DNA from: an uncultured Gammaproteobacteria bacterium
GTDB taxonomy: Bacteria; Patescibacteriota; Microgenomatia; UBA1406; HO2-37-13b
Assembly: GCA_964422025.1 (NCBI GenBank)
Contig: CAYQYZ010000004.1
Location: forward strand, 7,768 to 71,767
Reading direction: 5' to 3'
Length of the DNA: 64,000 nucleotides
The notes under the pieces were generated by a model that saw only the letters and a program-made list of their open reading frames with translations, made no database searches and had not been told where the DNA came from. Shown piece after piece: positions 8,892-19,052 of the stretch. Each line of letters opens with the position of its first letter. Positions within the stretch are counted from its first letter, which is position 1. The position numbers and the translations under genes were made by a program.

Positions 8892-10300
8892 AAAAACTCC
8901 TTGTACTGCTTTTAGGTTTTGTACTGGTGATTTCACTCCTGAATCTCTCACGGACTTACTTGTACGACTGGGACGAGGCTATTTACGCGCAAGTTGGGAA
9001 AGAAATGGTCGCGTCGAACACTCCCTTTGGCATGTGGAACGGCCAACCGTGGCTTGAAAAACCACCACTCGTATCACTCCTGTCGGGCCTGTTTATGAGT
9101 ACGGGTTTGGGGTCGGTTGAGATGTTAGCTCGGCTTCCTTCATTTTTAGCAGGGCTTGGAGTACTTTATTTTATTTTTAAAATATTTAAAGAAAAGTTTG
9201 AAAAGAATTATGAATTGTATTTTTTAGGGACCGCAGTCTTTCTACTTGTTTCCCCGCCATTTTTAAATCGACTAACATCTCTGAATACCGATATGTTTTT
9301 AGTGCTCGGGTGGTTGGGTTTTTATTATTTTTTTAAAAAAAGTATTTCTCGTACCGCGCTCTTTTTATTTATCGGAGTTATGTCGAAATCAATTCTGGGA
9401 CTGTTTCCAATTTTTGTGGTGTTGGCAGAAGAGCTCTTTACAGTACGATCCGTAAGACCTCTGTTTACCCACACAAAGACGTTGTTGTTCTCGGTAGGAG
9501 TAAGTGTTGCTTGGTTTTTATTTGCCTACCTTAAATTCGGACAACTATTTATTCAAGAAAATTTCTATGACCATTTGATTTCACGAGTTGTTCGGCCCGT
9601 GGAATTACATTATGGCGGACTCTTTTTTTATCCGAAATTATTATTTAGTTATTATCATGTTTTTTTAGTCGCGATTGTACTCTCCACGCTCTACGTTATA
9701 TATACAATTGTAAAGAAGAAGCGATTTGAACTGCTTTTTATTCCACTCTTTTTGCTTTACAGTGTAGTAATTTCAATTCCCCAAACAAAATTGAATTGGT
9801 ACATGTTCCCTATTATTCCATTTTTAGGAATGAGTGTCGCGGTGGCCTTTATTGATTTGGGCCAGCGTTTCAAATTCTCCCAACGAACTCTCTACATTGT
9901 CCTTATTGGAGTGACGGTTGCCGGAATAATTGGAAACAAATCGTATGTTGTAAAAACGCAAAAAGATGAACCAGGAACACTAACCACACTTGCGTTAGTT
10001 GCAAAAAAAGAATGTAAAAGCGTAACAGTTGTTGCGAGTAATGAAGAGCAGAAATTTTACGATGTTATTAATGCTGCAAATGTACAAATCTCCTCGACCT
10101 TTAGATACGGAGGATCACCGGCATTTAGATTTTATGCTGATCAACCAGTGGTATATCGATATGATAAGAGTCCGAGCAGGGAAGTTATGGATAGTTCAGA
10201 TTGTTTGGTGTTACCGCAGGATACATCGTTTAAACTGACTTCGGAAATGTGGAAACCAGTTGTGAAAAAGGATGGGTTTATTTTGTATAAGAACAATTAG
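8888..10300 (+). CDS. ArnT/PMT-like (GT39/GT83-type) GT-C membrane glycosyltransferase
   Basis: 470 aa multi-TM; first-loop acidic motif YDWDEAIYAQVGKEM; ATGA overlap with the upstream GT2. Confidence 0.8.
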   Translation: MKKLLVLLLGFVLVISLLNLSRTYLYDWDEAIYAQVGKEMVASNTPFGMWNGQPWLEKPPLVSLLSGLFMSTGLGSVEMLARLPSFLAGLGVLYFIFKIFKEKFEKNYELYFLGTAVFLLVSPPFLNRLTSLNTDMFLVLGWLGFYYFFKKSISRTALFLFIGVMSKSILGLFPIFVVLAEELFTVRSVRPLFTHTKTLLFSVGVSVAWFLFAYLKFGQLFIQENFYDHLISRVVRPVELHYGGLFFYPKLLFSYYHVFLVAIVLSTLYVIYTIVKKKRFELLFIPLFLLYSVVISIPQTKLNWYMFPIIPFLGMSVAVAFIDLGQRFKFSQRTLYIVLIGVTVAGIIGNKSYVVKTQKDEPGTLTTLALVAKKECKSVTVVASNEEQKFYDVINAANVQISSTFRYGGSPAFRFYADQPVVYRYDKSPSREVMDSSDCLVLPQDTSFKLTSEMWKPVVKKDGFILYKNN

Positions 10301-10302
10301 TA

Positions 10303-10308
10303 TATAAT
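10303..10308 (+). promoter_or_regulatory. -10 hexamer TATAAT 6 nt upstream of the ATG at 10315 (predicted leaderless)
   Basis: TATAAT-ACACTT-ATG; no SD. Confidence 0.4.
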
Positions 10309-10314
10309 ACACTT

Positions 10315-11817
10315 ATGTTCGATATTTGGAATACCATTGCCGATATTAAAAAAAGATTTACGAAGAATGATTTTTTGGCTGCAGGCGCTCTCCTAGTAGG
10401 TTACATTGTAACCCGCACAGTTAATTTAACCAAATTCCCCATTTTTTCCGATGAAGCAATTTATATTCATTGGGCAAAGGTGGCTTGGCATGACGCGGCA
10501 TGGCGGTTTATATCGCTGACGGACGGAAAGCAGCCGCTGCAAACGTGGGGAACGATTCCTTTTTTGAAATTATTTCCAACCGATGCGCTTATGGCAGGAA
10601 GACTCTTTGCGGCTGCAAGCGGACTCTTCGCTCTGACGGGGCTCTTTTTACTGATTCGTTACTTGTTTGGAAAACGAGCAGCTTTTATTGGAGCATTTTT
10701 ATATGTAATAACTCCTTATTTTCTATTTTATGACCGTATGGCATTGGTAGATAGCGCGGTAAATGGATTCTTTATTTGGATTGTTTTATTAAGTTTAATT
10801 CTCTTTAACACGCTTCGATATGATGTTGCGCTTTTGTTCGGACTGATCTCTGGTTTAGGATTACTCGGGAAATCATCTGTACGACTGTTTATGTTGATTG
10901 GGTTTGGAGCGGTGGTAACCGGGAGAAAATGGAGCATAAAGAGAATCGCAAATTTTACCGTACTATTTGGTCTCGGCACGCTCCTCGCGTTAATCGTTTA
11001 CAACGTACAACGCCTATCGCCTTTTTTCCAATTTGTTTCTCAGAAGAATAATACATTCATCGTAACACTTCCGGAGCTCATGGAGAGTCCGTTCAGATAC
11101 TTTACAGAGAATATTGTAAATATTCCGTATTACGTTTTTTCAGAAATGGCATATATAGTTCCGACATTGGGAGTGCTGGGAATTGCACATTTATTGAAGA
11201 AAAAAAATACATATGGATTATTCTTATTATGCGCAATTCTTTTCCCAACAATTTTAATTGCATTTATTTCAAAAGTTTTGTTCCCTCGATACATCATTTT
11301 CTTAGGAACATTACTCCTTATACCGGCTTCATACGCAATTGCTCAAATTAGAACTACAAAAAAGCTGGTGGCGTTTATAGCTCTCATCGTACTCTCAGTT
11401 AGTTACTTTAACTATTCATTATTATTTAACCCTGCAAAAACTCCGTTTCCGGGTGTTGATCGAGGACAATATTTAGAAGGATGGCCGGCAGGATGGGGAG
11501 CACAAGAAATTGTGCAATATGCACGTGAACATGATACGGGAAAAAGAATTACGTTTTTAGCAGAAGGGGATTTTGGAATGGCTGGCGATGTTTTGGACGC
11601 ATTTATTAATCCGACTGATAATATGGGAATTAAAGGACATTGGCCACTTGGAGAAACACAGTTGTTTGCAGCCCAAGCGCTCCTAGAGAAAGAAGATGTA
11701 TACGTAGTATTTGGACATCAATCAGAATTCCCCGAACATTGGCCGATTAAATTAATTAAAAAGTTTGAAAAACCCAATAATAAATCTGCGATATATTTCT
11801 TTAAGCTTCAACCGTAA
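10315..11817 (+). CDS. ArnT/PMT-like GT-C membrane glycosyltransferase
   Basis: 500 aa multi-TM; first-loop motif FPIFSDEAIYIHWAK; soluble C-terminal domain. Confidence 0.8.
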   Translation: MFDIWNTIADIKKRFTKNDFLAAGALLVGYIVTRTVNLTKFPIFSDEAIYIHWAKVAWHDAAWRFISLTDGKQPLQTWGTIPFLKLFPTDALMAGRLFAAASGLFALTGLFLLIRYLFGKRAAFIGAFLYVITPYFLFYDRMALVDSAVNGFFIWIVLLSLILFNTLRYDVALLFGLISGLGLLGKSSVRLFMLIGFGAVVTGRKWSIKRIANFTVLFGLGTLLALIVYNVQRLSPFFQFVSQKNNTFIVTLPELMESPFRYFTENIVNIPYYVFSEMAYIVPTLGVLGIAHLLKKKNTYGLFLLCAILFPTILIAFISKVLFPRYIIFLGTLLLIPASYAIAQIRTTKKLVAFIALIVLSVSYFNYSLLFNPAKTPFPGVDRGQYLEGWPAGWGAQEIVQYAREHDTGKRITFLAEGDFGMAGDVLDAFINPTDNMGIKGHWPLGETQLFAAQALLEKEDVYVVFGHQSEFPEHWPIKLIKKFEKPNNKSAIYFFKLQP

Positions 11818-11822
11818 CGAGT

Positions 11823-13481
11823 ATGAAATTTGAATATAAAATCTTCTCGGTGATACTTGGCTTGATTCTGATATTTGTGTTAGGAGCAAAGCTGTTACCA
11901 ACAACCCGAACGATGTTTGAATTTCATGATCAAACCCAGGCCGCACGGATTGCGCAATTTACGGTGAATTTAGAAAATCTCAATATTCCTCCGCGAATGG
12001 CTCCGGACTTTTCATATGGTTTGGGATACCCGGTATTTAATTTTTATGCACCATTTGCGTATTGGGTGAGCTCACTCCTCTCCTTACTCGGCATGACGAC
12101 GATAGCCGCCTTAAAAACATCCTTTTTACTTGCGATTGTTGTTGCAGCTGGGGGAATGTATTTATTTTTGCGTGAGCAATTTGATGAGGCAGCATCACTC
12201 CTCGGTGCAACACTGTATGTAACGTCGAGCATCATTCCCTTAGAAATTTTTGTACGTGGAAATCTGGCTGAGATGTGGTTTTTAGCACTGTTTCCAACGG
12301 CTTTATATTTGCTTATGAGGAACGCAAGAGAGAGTTCTGAGAGGGTGTTTGTGATGACAGCCTTGACTCTGTCCTTTTTGCTAACAGTACACAACATAAT
12401 GTCGCTTTTAGCGGGAGTGTTAGTGGTGATATTTATTGGATTATTGAAGCATAAAAAACGAAACATTCTCGCGCTTTCACTCGGAGTCCTTGCTGGATCA
12501 TATTTTTTAATTCCCGCTTTGCTTGAGTCGCAACTTACTTACGCAACAACCGTTGCGGCGATGACAAATTATGCGGATCATTTTTTGTGTGCAAAACAAC
12601 TATGGAAAGGAATGTGGGGATTTGGAGGAAGTGTTCCCGGATGCGTAAGTGATGGAATGTCGTTTGCTTTGGGGAAAATGCAGTGGGTGCTAGGGCTTGT
12701 AGGCGGCGGAGCGTTGATGTTTACGTTTTATGAGAAGCGAAACTCTCTGAGAGCATATATTGAACACAATGTCCATTCGCGAATCTCACTCTACGTCGCT
12801 CTGTTAACAGGAGTCTCACTCTTTCTAACACTTTATCAATCTGCATTTATATGGAAAATCTTATATCCAATCCTTTCACTCTTCCAGTTTCCGTGGAGAT
12901 TTTTGGTATTTGGTGTATTTGGACTAGCTTATTTTGGAGCATATGGAGCGTACGTTTTGCGCGAAAGACTTCCAGTTATCTCTCACAAGGCTTGGGCCTT
13001 CATCCTTTTTGTCGTGAGTGTCGGACTAATGGCGAACGTCTGTACTCTCTTTAGAGGACAATCAGTAAATAATACGCTATACGAGAGTATGTATATTTCA
13101 GATAATTACATTCGTAATTCAGTCGCATACAAGATACCTGAGTACTTGCCCAAAACGGCAGATTACGCATTTTGGAGGAGCTTTGAAGACAAAAATACAG
13201 TACCATATAGTGATGGACAGTTTGAGAAGCAGACACTGAATATTCACTATTTTCCGTATTGGAAAATTAGAGTAGATGATGAGGAAGTTGTGCCAGATAA
13301 ATTTGATAGTTTTGGTCGGCCAATTATGGTGATTCCAAGTGGATCTGAACTCTTAGTCACCTATGAGCAAACGGCAATAGAGAAATTTGGAGATGGAATA
13401 ACGTTAGCGGCGATAATACTCTTACTGGGAATCGGTATTAACAACAAATTATGGATACGAATAAAGAACATCGAGAGTTAA
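11823..13481 (+). CDS. polytopic membrane protein, GT-C-like paralog family III
   Basis: 552 aa; shares FQFPWR and YFP.WK..VD..V blocks with the 19053..20741 gene. Confidence 0.65.
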   Translation: MKFEYKIFSVILGLILIFVLGAKLLPTTRTMFEFHDQTQAARIAQFTVNLENLNIPPRMAPDFSYGLGYPVFNFYAPFAYWVSSLLSLLGMTTIAALKTSFLLAIVVAAGGMYLFLREQFDEAASLLGATLYVTSSIIPLEIFVRGNLAEMWFLALFPTALYLLMRNARESSERVFVMTALTLSFLLTVHNIMSLLAGVLVVIFIGLLKHKKRNILALSLGVLAGSYFLIPALLESQLTYATTVAAMTNYADHFLCAKQLWKGMWGFGGSVPGCVSDGMSFALGKMQWVLGLVGGGALMFTFYEKRNSLRAYIEHNVHSRISLYVALLTGVSLFLTLYQSAFIWKILYPILSLFQFPWRFLVFGVFGLAYFGAYGAYVLRERLPVISHKAWAFILFVVSVGLMANVCTLFRGQSVNNTLYESMYISDNYIRNSVAYKIPEYLPKTADYAFWRSFEDKNTVPYSDGQFEKQTLNIHYFPYWKIRVDDEEVVPDKFDSFGRPIMVIPSGSELLVTYEQTAIEKFGDGITLAAIILLLGIGINNKLWIRIKNIES

Positions 13482-14899
13482 AACGAAATACGGTAATTAG
13501 TGCATTTAGTTTATTTTTTCAAAGTGGATTTAGTGCCGTGTTGGGGTTGGTAGCAAATTTGGTTTTAACAATCCTACTTGCTCCGGCTGTTTTTGGAATT
13601 TATATTACCGTTCTATCACTTATTTCATTACTCAATTATTTTTCCGATATCGGACTTGCGGCTTCACTTGTACAGAAACATGAAATTAGCGATGAGGATA
13701 TCTCAACGACGTTCACGCTTCAACAGCTCCTTATAATCACCATTATTGCAATTGGATTTTTAGGTACTAATTTTGTTACAGAATTTTATAAATTACCCGC
13801 AGCAGGAGTTCATTTGTATTGGGCGCTATTGTTTTCATTTTTTATATCATCGCTTAAAACAATTCCCTCGATATTGCTTGAACGCAAAATTCAATTTCAA
13901 AAAATTGCATTTGTTCAAATAACAGAAAATGTGGTTTTTTATTGCGCCGTAATTTTATTTGCATTATTAGGATATGATTTAGCAAGCTTTACATACGCCG
14001 TAATGTTACGAGCGATAACCGGACTTATTCTTATTTACACGATTTCATTTTGGAAACCAACATTTGGGATTTCAAAAAGTAGTCTACATACGCTGTTGTC
14101 ATTTGGTATTCCATTTCAGGCTAGTTCATTTTTAGCATTGTTTAAAGATGATTTAATAATTTTGTTTTTAAGTAAAGTATTAGGATTTGATGCAGTCGGG
14201 TATATAGGATGGGCGAAAAAGTGGGCGGAAACTCCGATACGGATTATTATGGATAACTTAAGTCGCGTGCTGTTTCCTGTGCTTGCGCGAATTCAGCATG
14301 ATAAAGAAAAAATTTCACGACTTATTGAAAAGATTTTATATTATCAGACAATGCTTTTGGCTCCGGCAATTTTTGGACTATTTATGACAATGCCGGTAAT
14401 GGTTCAGTTGATTCCAAAGTATGCCAAGTGGGAACCAGCGCTGCCATTATTTTACCTTTTCTGTATTAGTGCATTCTTCTCGTCGTATTCGACACCATTT
14501 ATGAACTTGTTCAATGCGCTAGGAAGAGTGAAGACGTCGTTTGCATTCATGTTATTCTGGACAGTAACTACATGGATTTGTACACCACTGTTTACTGCTA
14601 AATATGGAATGTTGGGATTCCCAATTACTCAACTAATATTAGCAACAAGCTCGCTGTTGGTGGCCGGACAAGCTAAGAAATTAGTTGAATTTAGATTTTG
14701 GCATTCAATCTATAAACCATTGATTGCAACAGTCGTTATGGTGATATGTATTTATGCTGGGTTGTCAATAATGCCAGTAACATACTTATCGCTATTACTT
14801 GCAGTAGTCGGTGGAGCGGGAGTATATTTTGGAGTCTTATTTTTCGTATTTAATGTGAACCCTATTAATGAAGTTAAATCACTATTTAATCATGAATAA
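13451..14899 (+). CDS. Wzx-like oligosaccharide/polysaccharide flippase (MOP superfamily)
   Basis: 482 aa, ~12-14 TM, N-terminal pattern KRNTVISAFSLFFQSGFSAVLGLVANLVL typical of polysaccharide biosynthesis (Wzx) proteins. Confidence 0.8.
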   Translation: MDTNKEHRELKRNTVISAFSLFFQSGFSAVLGLVANLVLTILLAPAVFGIYITVLSLISLLNYFSDIGLAASLVQKHEISDEDISTTFTLQQLLIITIIAIGFLGTNFVTEFYKLPAAGVHLYWALLFSFFISSLKTIPSILLERKIQFQKIAFVQITENVVFYCAVILFALLGYDLASFTYAVMLRAITGLILIYTISFWKPTFGISKSSLHTLLSFGIPFQASSFLALFKDDLIILFLSKVLGFDAVGYIGWAKKWAETPIRIIMDNLSRVLFPVLARIQHDKEKISRLIEKILYYQTMLLAPAIFGLFMTMPVMVQLIPKYAKWEPALPLFYLFCISAFFSSYSTPFMNLFNALGRVKTSFAFMLFWTVTTWICTPLFTAKYGMLGFPITQLILATSSLLVAGQAKKLVEFRFWHSIYKPLIATVVMVICIYAGLSIMPVTYLSLLLAVVGGAGVYFGVLFFVFNVNPINEVKSLFNHE

Positions 14900-15869
14900 T
14901 AATACAACCTCGAAGGTTGAACACGCACTACCAACCTCGAAGGTTGTCAAATCAGCCGTTATAGTAGTAAAAGATTACCCGGAACATATTTTCAAAACGC
15001 TCGATTCAGTTCGCTCTTTTGTAGATGAGGTAGTCATTGGCGATATTGGTATTGATGAGGAGCTGTTGGCGAAGCTGAAAAAGATTGAGAATATAAAAAT
15101 AGTTACTGTTACAAAAAAAGTTCCCTATGTTGAATTAATTCGTGAGGAGTTGCATGCGCAAGCAAAAGGAGACTATATTTTAGTTCTTGATTCGGATGAG
15201 ATTGTTCCATCTGCTCTCGCCACCCTGTTGGACTCGGCAGTAGGGAAGTATGACTATGTAAAAGTTCCCCGAAAGAATATTATTTTTGGAAAGTGGATTG
15301 AACATTCACGCTGGTGGCCTGATTATCAAGTGAGATTTTTTAAGAAAGGCTCAGTTGTATGGCCTAAGGTGCTTCATGCACAACCTAAAGCTGAAGGAAG
15401 CGAGCTCATAATCGAACCCAAGGAGGAGAATGCACTTGTTCATTATAATTACAGGGATCTGGATGAATACCTCTCAAAAGCTCCACGGTATGCAAAGGCA
15501 GAGGCGGCAGGGATCCTGAAACAAGTTCAGGATGACAATACTGCTCAAAGTGATACGAGCTTTACCTTCTTTGGTAAAAAAGCGCTGTCTGAGTTTGTTG
15601 GACGATACTTTGCGGATGATGGATATAAAGATGGCATGCATGGATTTGTATTGGCATTCTTGCAAATGATGTATTACTTTCTAGTGTATTTCTATGTATG
15701 GGAATTGGGAGGAAGAAAAGAAGTAGAACAAAAAAGTCTTTTACAGGGCACAGTGCAATTCTTTTCGGATGCATTGTATGAAATAAGTTTCTGGGGAAAG
15801 AAAAAAGGTTTGAGTAATATTTCATTTGTAAAATCGAAATTACATAACTTAGTCCGTAAGTTGTCATGA
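14892..15869 (+). CDS. GT2 glycosyltransferase (paralog of 30144..30998)
   Basis: DSDE (DxD) motif, PRKNIIFGKWIEHSRWWPDYQVRFF block shared with 30144; ATG at 14892 overlaps the flippase stop; contains family-1 and family-2 repeat copies in frame. Confidence 0.8.
   Translation: MNNNTTSKVEHALPTSKVVKSAVIVVKDYPEHIFKTLDSVRSFVDEVVIGDIGIDEELLAKLKKIENIKIVTVTKKVPYVELIREELHAQAKGDYILVLDSDEIVPSALATLLDSAVGKYDYVKVPRKNIIFGKWIEHSRWWPDYQVRFFKKGSVVWPKVLHAQPKAEGSELIIEPKEENALVHYNYRDLDEYLSKAPRYAKAEAAGILKQVQDDNTAQSDTSFTFFGKKALSEFVGRYFADDGYKDGMHGFVLAFLQMMYYFLVYFYVWELGGRKEVEQKSLLQGTVQFFSDALYEISFWGKKKGLSNISFVKSKLHNLVRKLS
14905..14946 (+). repeat. double-hairpin repeat, family 1, copy B (inside CDS)
   Basis: CAACCTCGAAGGTTG-AACACGCACTAC-CAACCTCGAAGGTTG; translated in frame as TTSKVEHALPTSKVV at the N-terminus of the GT2. 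Confidence 0.85.
15511..15537 (+). repeat. hairpin repeat, family 2, copy a (inside CDS)
   Basis: GGATCCTGAAACAAGTTCAGGATGACA; 8-bp inverted repeat ATCCTGAA/TTCAGGAT; read as GILKQVQDD. Confidence 0.85.
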
Positions 15870-17512
15870 AAAAAATATCTGACTATATCTCCTCGCATAA
15901 ACATTTATGTATTGCTGCGGTTGTGTTTTTTTTACTCCGACTACTTTTTTTAGATCAACTATTTTTACTGCATGATGAACGAGATATTGTTCTATCAGGG
16001 TACTCCGTTGCAAAAACTGGACACGATTTATTTGGGAACTTTTTACCAATAAGTTTTGCCGGAATTAGTCCAGATAATCCACTTGTATCGATTTATTATT
16101 CTGCCGTTTGGTGGCTTGTATTGCCGATTAAATCGGTCTTCTTTGCTCGTTTACCGTTTGTATTAATCTCCACGCTGCTCATGTTCTTGGTGTACGAGAT
16201 AGTACGAAGAATTTCGGATGATAAAAGATTGGCGTTTACTTCTGCACTTATATTCTGTTTTTCACCATGGGTGTTTCATGTAACACGACTTGCGATGGAT
16301 TTGCCCTTGGCCGCAGTCACTCTCTTTGGATCCATACTTTTTTACTTGAAGGGGAAAAGATGGTTATCGTATTTACTTTTTTTTCTTACATTTTATAATT
16401 ATCAGGGTTTTCGAGTAGTGATTCCATTCTTGATAGTGTATTTGGAATTGATTAAAGGTGAGTCGGAGATCCTTCGTTTCACTCAGGATGACATAAAGAT
16501 CTTTATACGAAGAAATATTACTAATGTGATGTTTATTGTTTTCCTTTTTGTATCGATTTCATTCATAGATAAAGCGGTTACTGCAAAACGATTTTCACAA
16601 GTAGCTTTCTTAAGTCCTGAACGGTTTACAGCAGAGGTGAATACTCGTCGTGCAGCATCGAACGTTCCATTATTAATTCGAGATGCATTTCATAATAAAA
16701 TAACCGTTGCAGCAGACTATGTAATTGATAACTTTGTTAAAGGGCAGGACATTTCATACTTATTTAAAACCGGGGATTATAGCCCAATTAATGGAAATGC
16801 AGTTGGAGGACAATTTTTCTTTGTATTCTTACTATTCTTTTATTTGGGAATCATGGCGCTCGGGCGTCGGCTTAACAGAAAAGATTTTTATTTAATTGGA
16901 TTTATTTTTCTGGGACTCCTTCCGGCAATGGCATCAGTAAATAGTGCAACGTATTCGATTAGGGGATTTGTGTCGGCACTAGGATATGCATATTTGTTGT
17001 CGTTGGGAGTTGATTTGGGAATTGATCTGACTAAAAGAATGACCAAGACTCCTCGCTACATACTCTACGCGCTCCTTATGATAGTGATGGTCGTTAACGG
17101 ATTGTATTTTACGTATAACTTTTATGAGAGAAAACAGGTAGCGGTGGGAGAGTTATTTAATGAGAGTGAAAAGAGAGTTTCACAATATTTGCTCGATCGT
17201 CCTGAAAAACAATTTACCGTGTATCACGACTTTCCAAAGAATGTCTATCTTTCATATATATTTATGGATAGTGGAAACTCTGCTCCACAAGTTACGGGTA
17301 AAGATGGTGAGGTAGATTCCTACGCATCCAACAATGTTGTATTTGTGAAGTGCCCAAAGCTTATTGACTACGCGACACTTACAAATACGCTCGTTTCCGA
17401 ATCGTGCATGAATCTGAAAACGCATGATCAATTAAATAGCCAAGTCGACTTACAACAAAAGATTCTGTATAAGGATTTATCGCTCAAGACTGCGTATTTT
17501 ATATTTGAGTAG
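15866..17512 (+). CDS. PMT_2/ArnT-like GT-C membrane glycosyltransferase
   Basis: 548 aa multi-TM; first loop LHDERDIVLSGYSVAKTGHDLFGNFLP; ATGA overlap with the upstream GT2. Confidence 0.75.
   Translation: MKKISDYISSHKHLCIAAVVFFLLRLLFLDQLFLLHDERDIVLSGYSVAKTGHDLFGNFLPISFAGISPDNPLVSIYYSAVWWLVLPIKSVFFARLPFVLISTLLMFLVYEIVRRISDDKRLAFTSALIFCFSPWVFHVTRLAMDLPLAAVTLFGSILFYLKGKRWLSYLLFFLTFYNYQGFRVVIPFLIVYLELIKGESEILRFTQDDIKIFIRRNITNVMFIVFLFVSISFIDKAVTAKRFSQVAFLSPERFTAEVNTRRAASNVPLLIRDAFHNKITVAADYVIDNFVKGQDISYLFKTGDYSPINGNAVGGQFFFVFLLFFYLGIMALGRRLNRKDFYLIGFIFLGLLPAMASVNSATYSIRGFVSALGYAYLLSLGVDLGIDLTKRMTKTPRYILYALLMIVMVVNGLYFTYNFYERKQVAVGELFNESEKRVSQYLLDRPEKQFTVYHDFPKNVYLSYIFMDSGNSAPQVTGKDGEVDSYASNNVVFVKCPKLIDYATLTNTLVSESCMNLKTHDQLNSQVDLQQKILYKDLSLKTAYFIFE
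16466..16493 (+). repeat. hairpin repeat, family 2, copy b (inside CDS)
   Basis: GAGATCCTTCGTTTCACTCAGGATGACA, read as EILRFTQDD. Confidence 0.75.
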
Positions 17513-17652
17513 CGAGCTAAGAGTCATTGAGAGATCTGCTCAGAACCGGCATTCCAGTCAGATGAAACAGGTGGTTTAATAAATTTGGTTAGGAGCTTGC
17601 TCCATAGATATTATCGAGCGTGAGATTGTCAATTCTCGAGGTTAGAGGACTT

Positions 17653-18975
17653 TTATTGATATAATTCAAGCCAGTAATGACCCTGTGCTGTCTGTACTGT
17701 TCCTGATTTTAATAATATTTTCAGTGTATCTTGAATTAATCTATTTGAAATCGATCTCCCCAGTATGCCGCTTGCAACTTCATGAATATGAGTTGTGGAA
17801 ACTGGTTCACCTAAGAGTTTAAGGGCTTCTATAATTAAACTACCTTTTTGTGCGCTGGTAAGAGTGTTCGCATGTGAAGAACTATTTCTCAGCTTGTCGA
17901 TGAGTGTCGAGACACTTACGGGTTGAGCTAATAGAAATTTACCTCTATATGCTTTATCTCGAAGTTCTTGATCTGATGCACTTTGAAATTCGTAGACTGT
18001 TGATACGAGATTGTAAATAGTACTGCGCTGTTGGGGCGTAAGACTAATTTGTGCAAATCCATCTTTTTTGTTAAGTAATCCTGTTTCAACCGTGCCTTGT
18101 AAAAGTTGTCTTTGAATAGTTTGCGTTACTGCTGTTCGTAATCTTGCTGGATCATGCTGATAATAATCTCCATATTGATCGTAGATACCGTCGCAAATTT
18201 GATCGATCGAAACATATTCATCCTGTGAACTAAGAAAGTCGATTACAGACTGTGTTAATCCTAAAGCGGTCTTTCTCTCAGCTTTAGGTTTGTCTGGATT
18301 GATTCTATACATCGTCTTTACTCCGTCTGTTTTTCGTGTAATTATATGATTAGCGCCAAGATTTTGTAGCTGAGCAATAAGCGAATCTTCTGGTGCTTCC
18401 AGGTCGTGATGTATTTGCACCTGACTAACAGGTAAAGTTGCAGTTACAAGTGCCCAATATATTTCGAACCTATTACTTGGCCCTCTTTTTTTCATTAAAA
18501 CCGTCTCACCTTCTACTACTCGTTCATATGCTGTTACAACTGATGCTGCACTTCCTAGCATATCCCGTAAGGATACGTGAGGATGGGCTAATGAATATGC
18601 AAGCATGTCGCTTGCAAATGGGATTCCATATTTTTTTCCAAATTCAGTAAGCTCATATCCGTTTGACCTTCCAGTTGTCGGATCAATAAGTTCTCTATCT
18701 AAGAAACCAACTCCAGCTAAAGTATCTAAATGAACTTGAACTAAATTATCCATAGGCCATCTTTCAGAATCTTCGCCGCGTAATTCATGTAGTCGTTTTG
18801 AAATTTCAGGAGGTGTCCAAATACCCGTTTCCATAACACATACAATTAGAGCTTTTATCTCATTATTTCCTGCACCCGCCAAAAGTAACTCCATACCTTC
18901 TTTCGAAATTCCTTTTTGGACTTCTGGATAACCTTCGGAATATTGATGTGGGACTGGACGAGATTCTAGAGGCAT
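17653..18975 (-). CDS. cytoplasmic protein with several winged-helix-like repeats, unknown function
   Basis: 440 aa, no TM; repeated helix-turn-helix-like units ending in short beta-hairpins (e.g. GYELTEFGKKY, TMYRINPDKP, GHYWLELYQ); monocistronic, flanked by non-coding DNA. Confidence 0.6.
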   Translation of the reverse strand: MPLESRPVPHQYSEGYPEVQKGISKEGMELLLAGAGNNEIKALIVCVMETGIWTPPEISKRLHELRGEDSERWPMDNLVQVHLDTLAGVGFLDRELIDPTTGRSNGYELTEFGKKYGIPFASDMLAYSLAHPHVSLRDMLGSAASVVTAYERVVEGETVLMKKRGPSNRFEIYWALVTATLPVSQVQIHHDLEAPEDSLIAQLQNLGANHIITRKTDGVKTMYRINPDKPKAERKTALGLTQSVIDFLSSQDEYVSIDQICDGIYDQYGDYYQHDPARLRTAVTQTIQRQLLQGTVETGLLNKKDGFAQISLTPQQRSTIYNLVSTVYEFQSASDQELRDKAYRGKFLLAQPVSVSTLIDKLRNSSSHANTLTSAQKGSLIIEALKLLGEPVSTTHIHEVASGILGRSISNRLIQDTLKILLKSGTVQTAQGHYWLELYQ

Positions 18976-19052
18976 AGTTTGGAATACTGTGGCGGGCTAA
19001 TTAATGCTCAATTATATCACAAGATATCAGATATGAAGGTGAGAGAGTGGAC

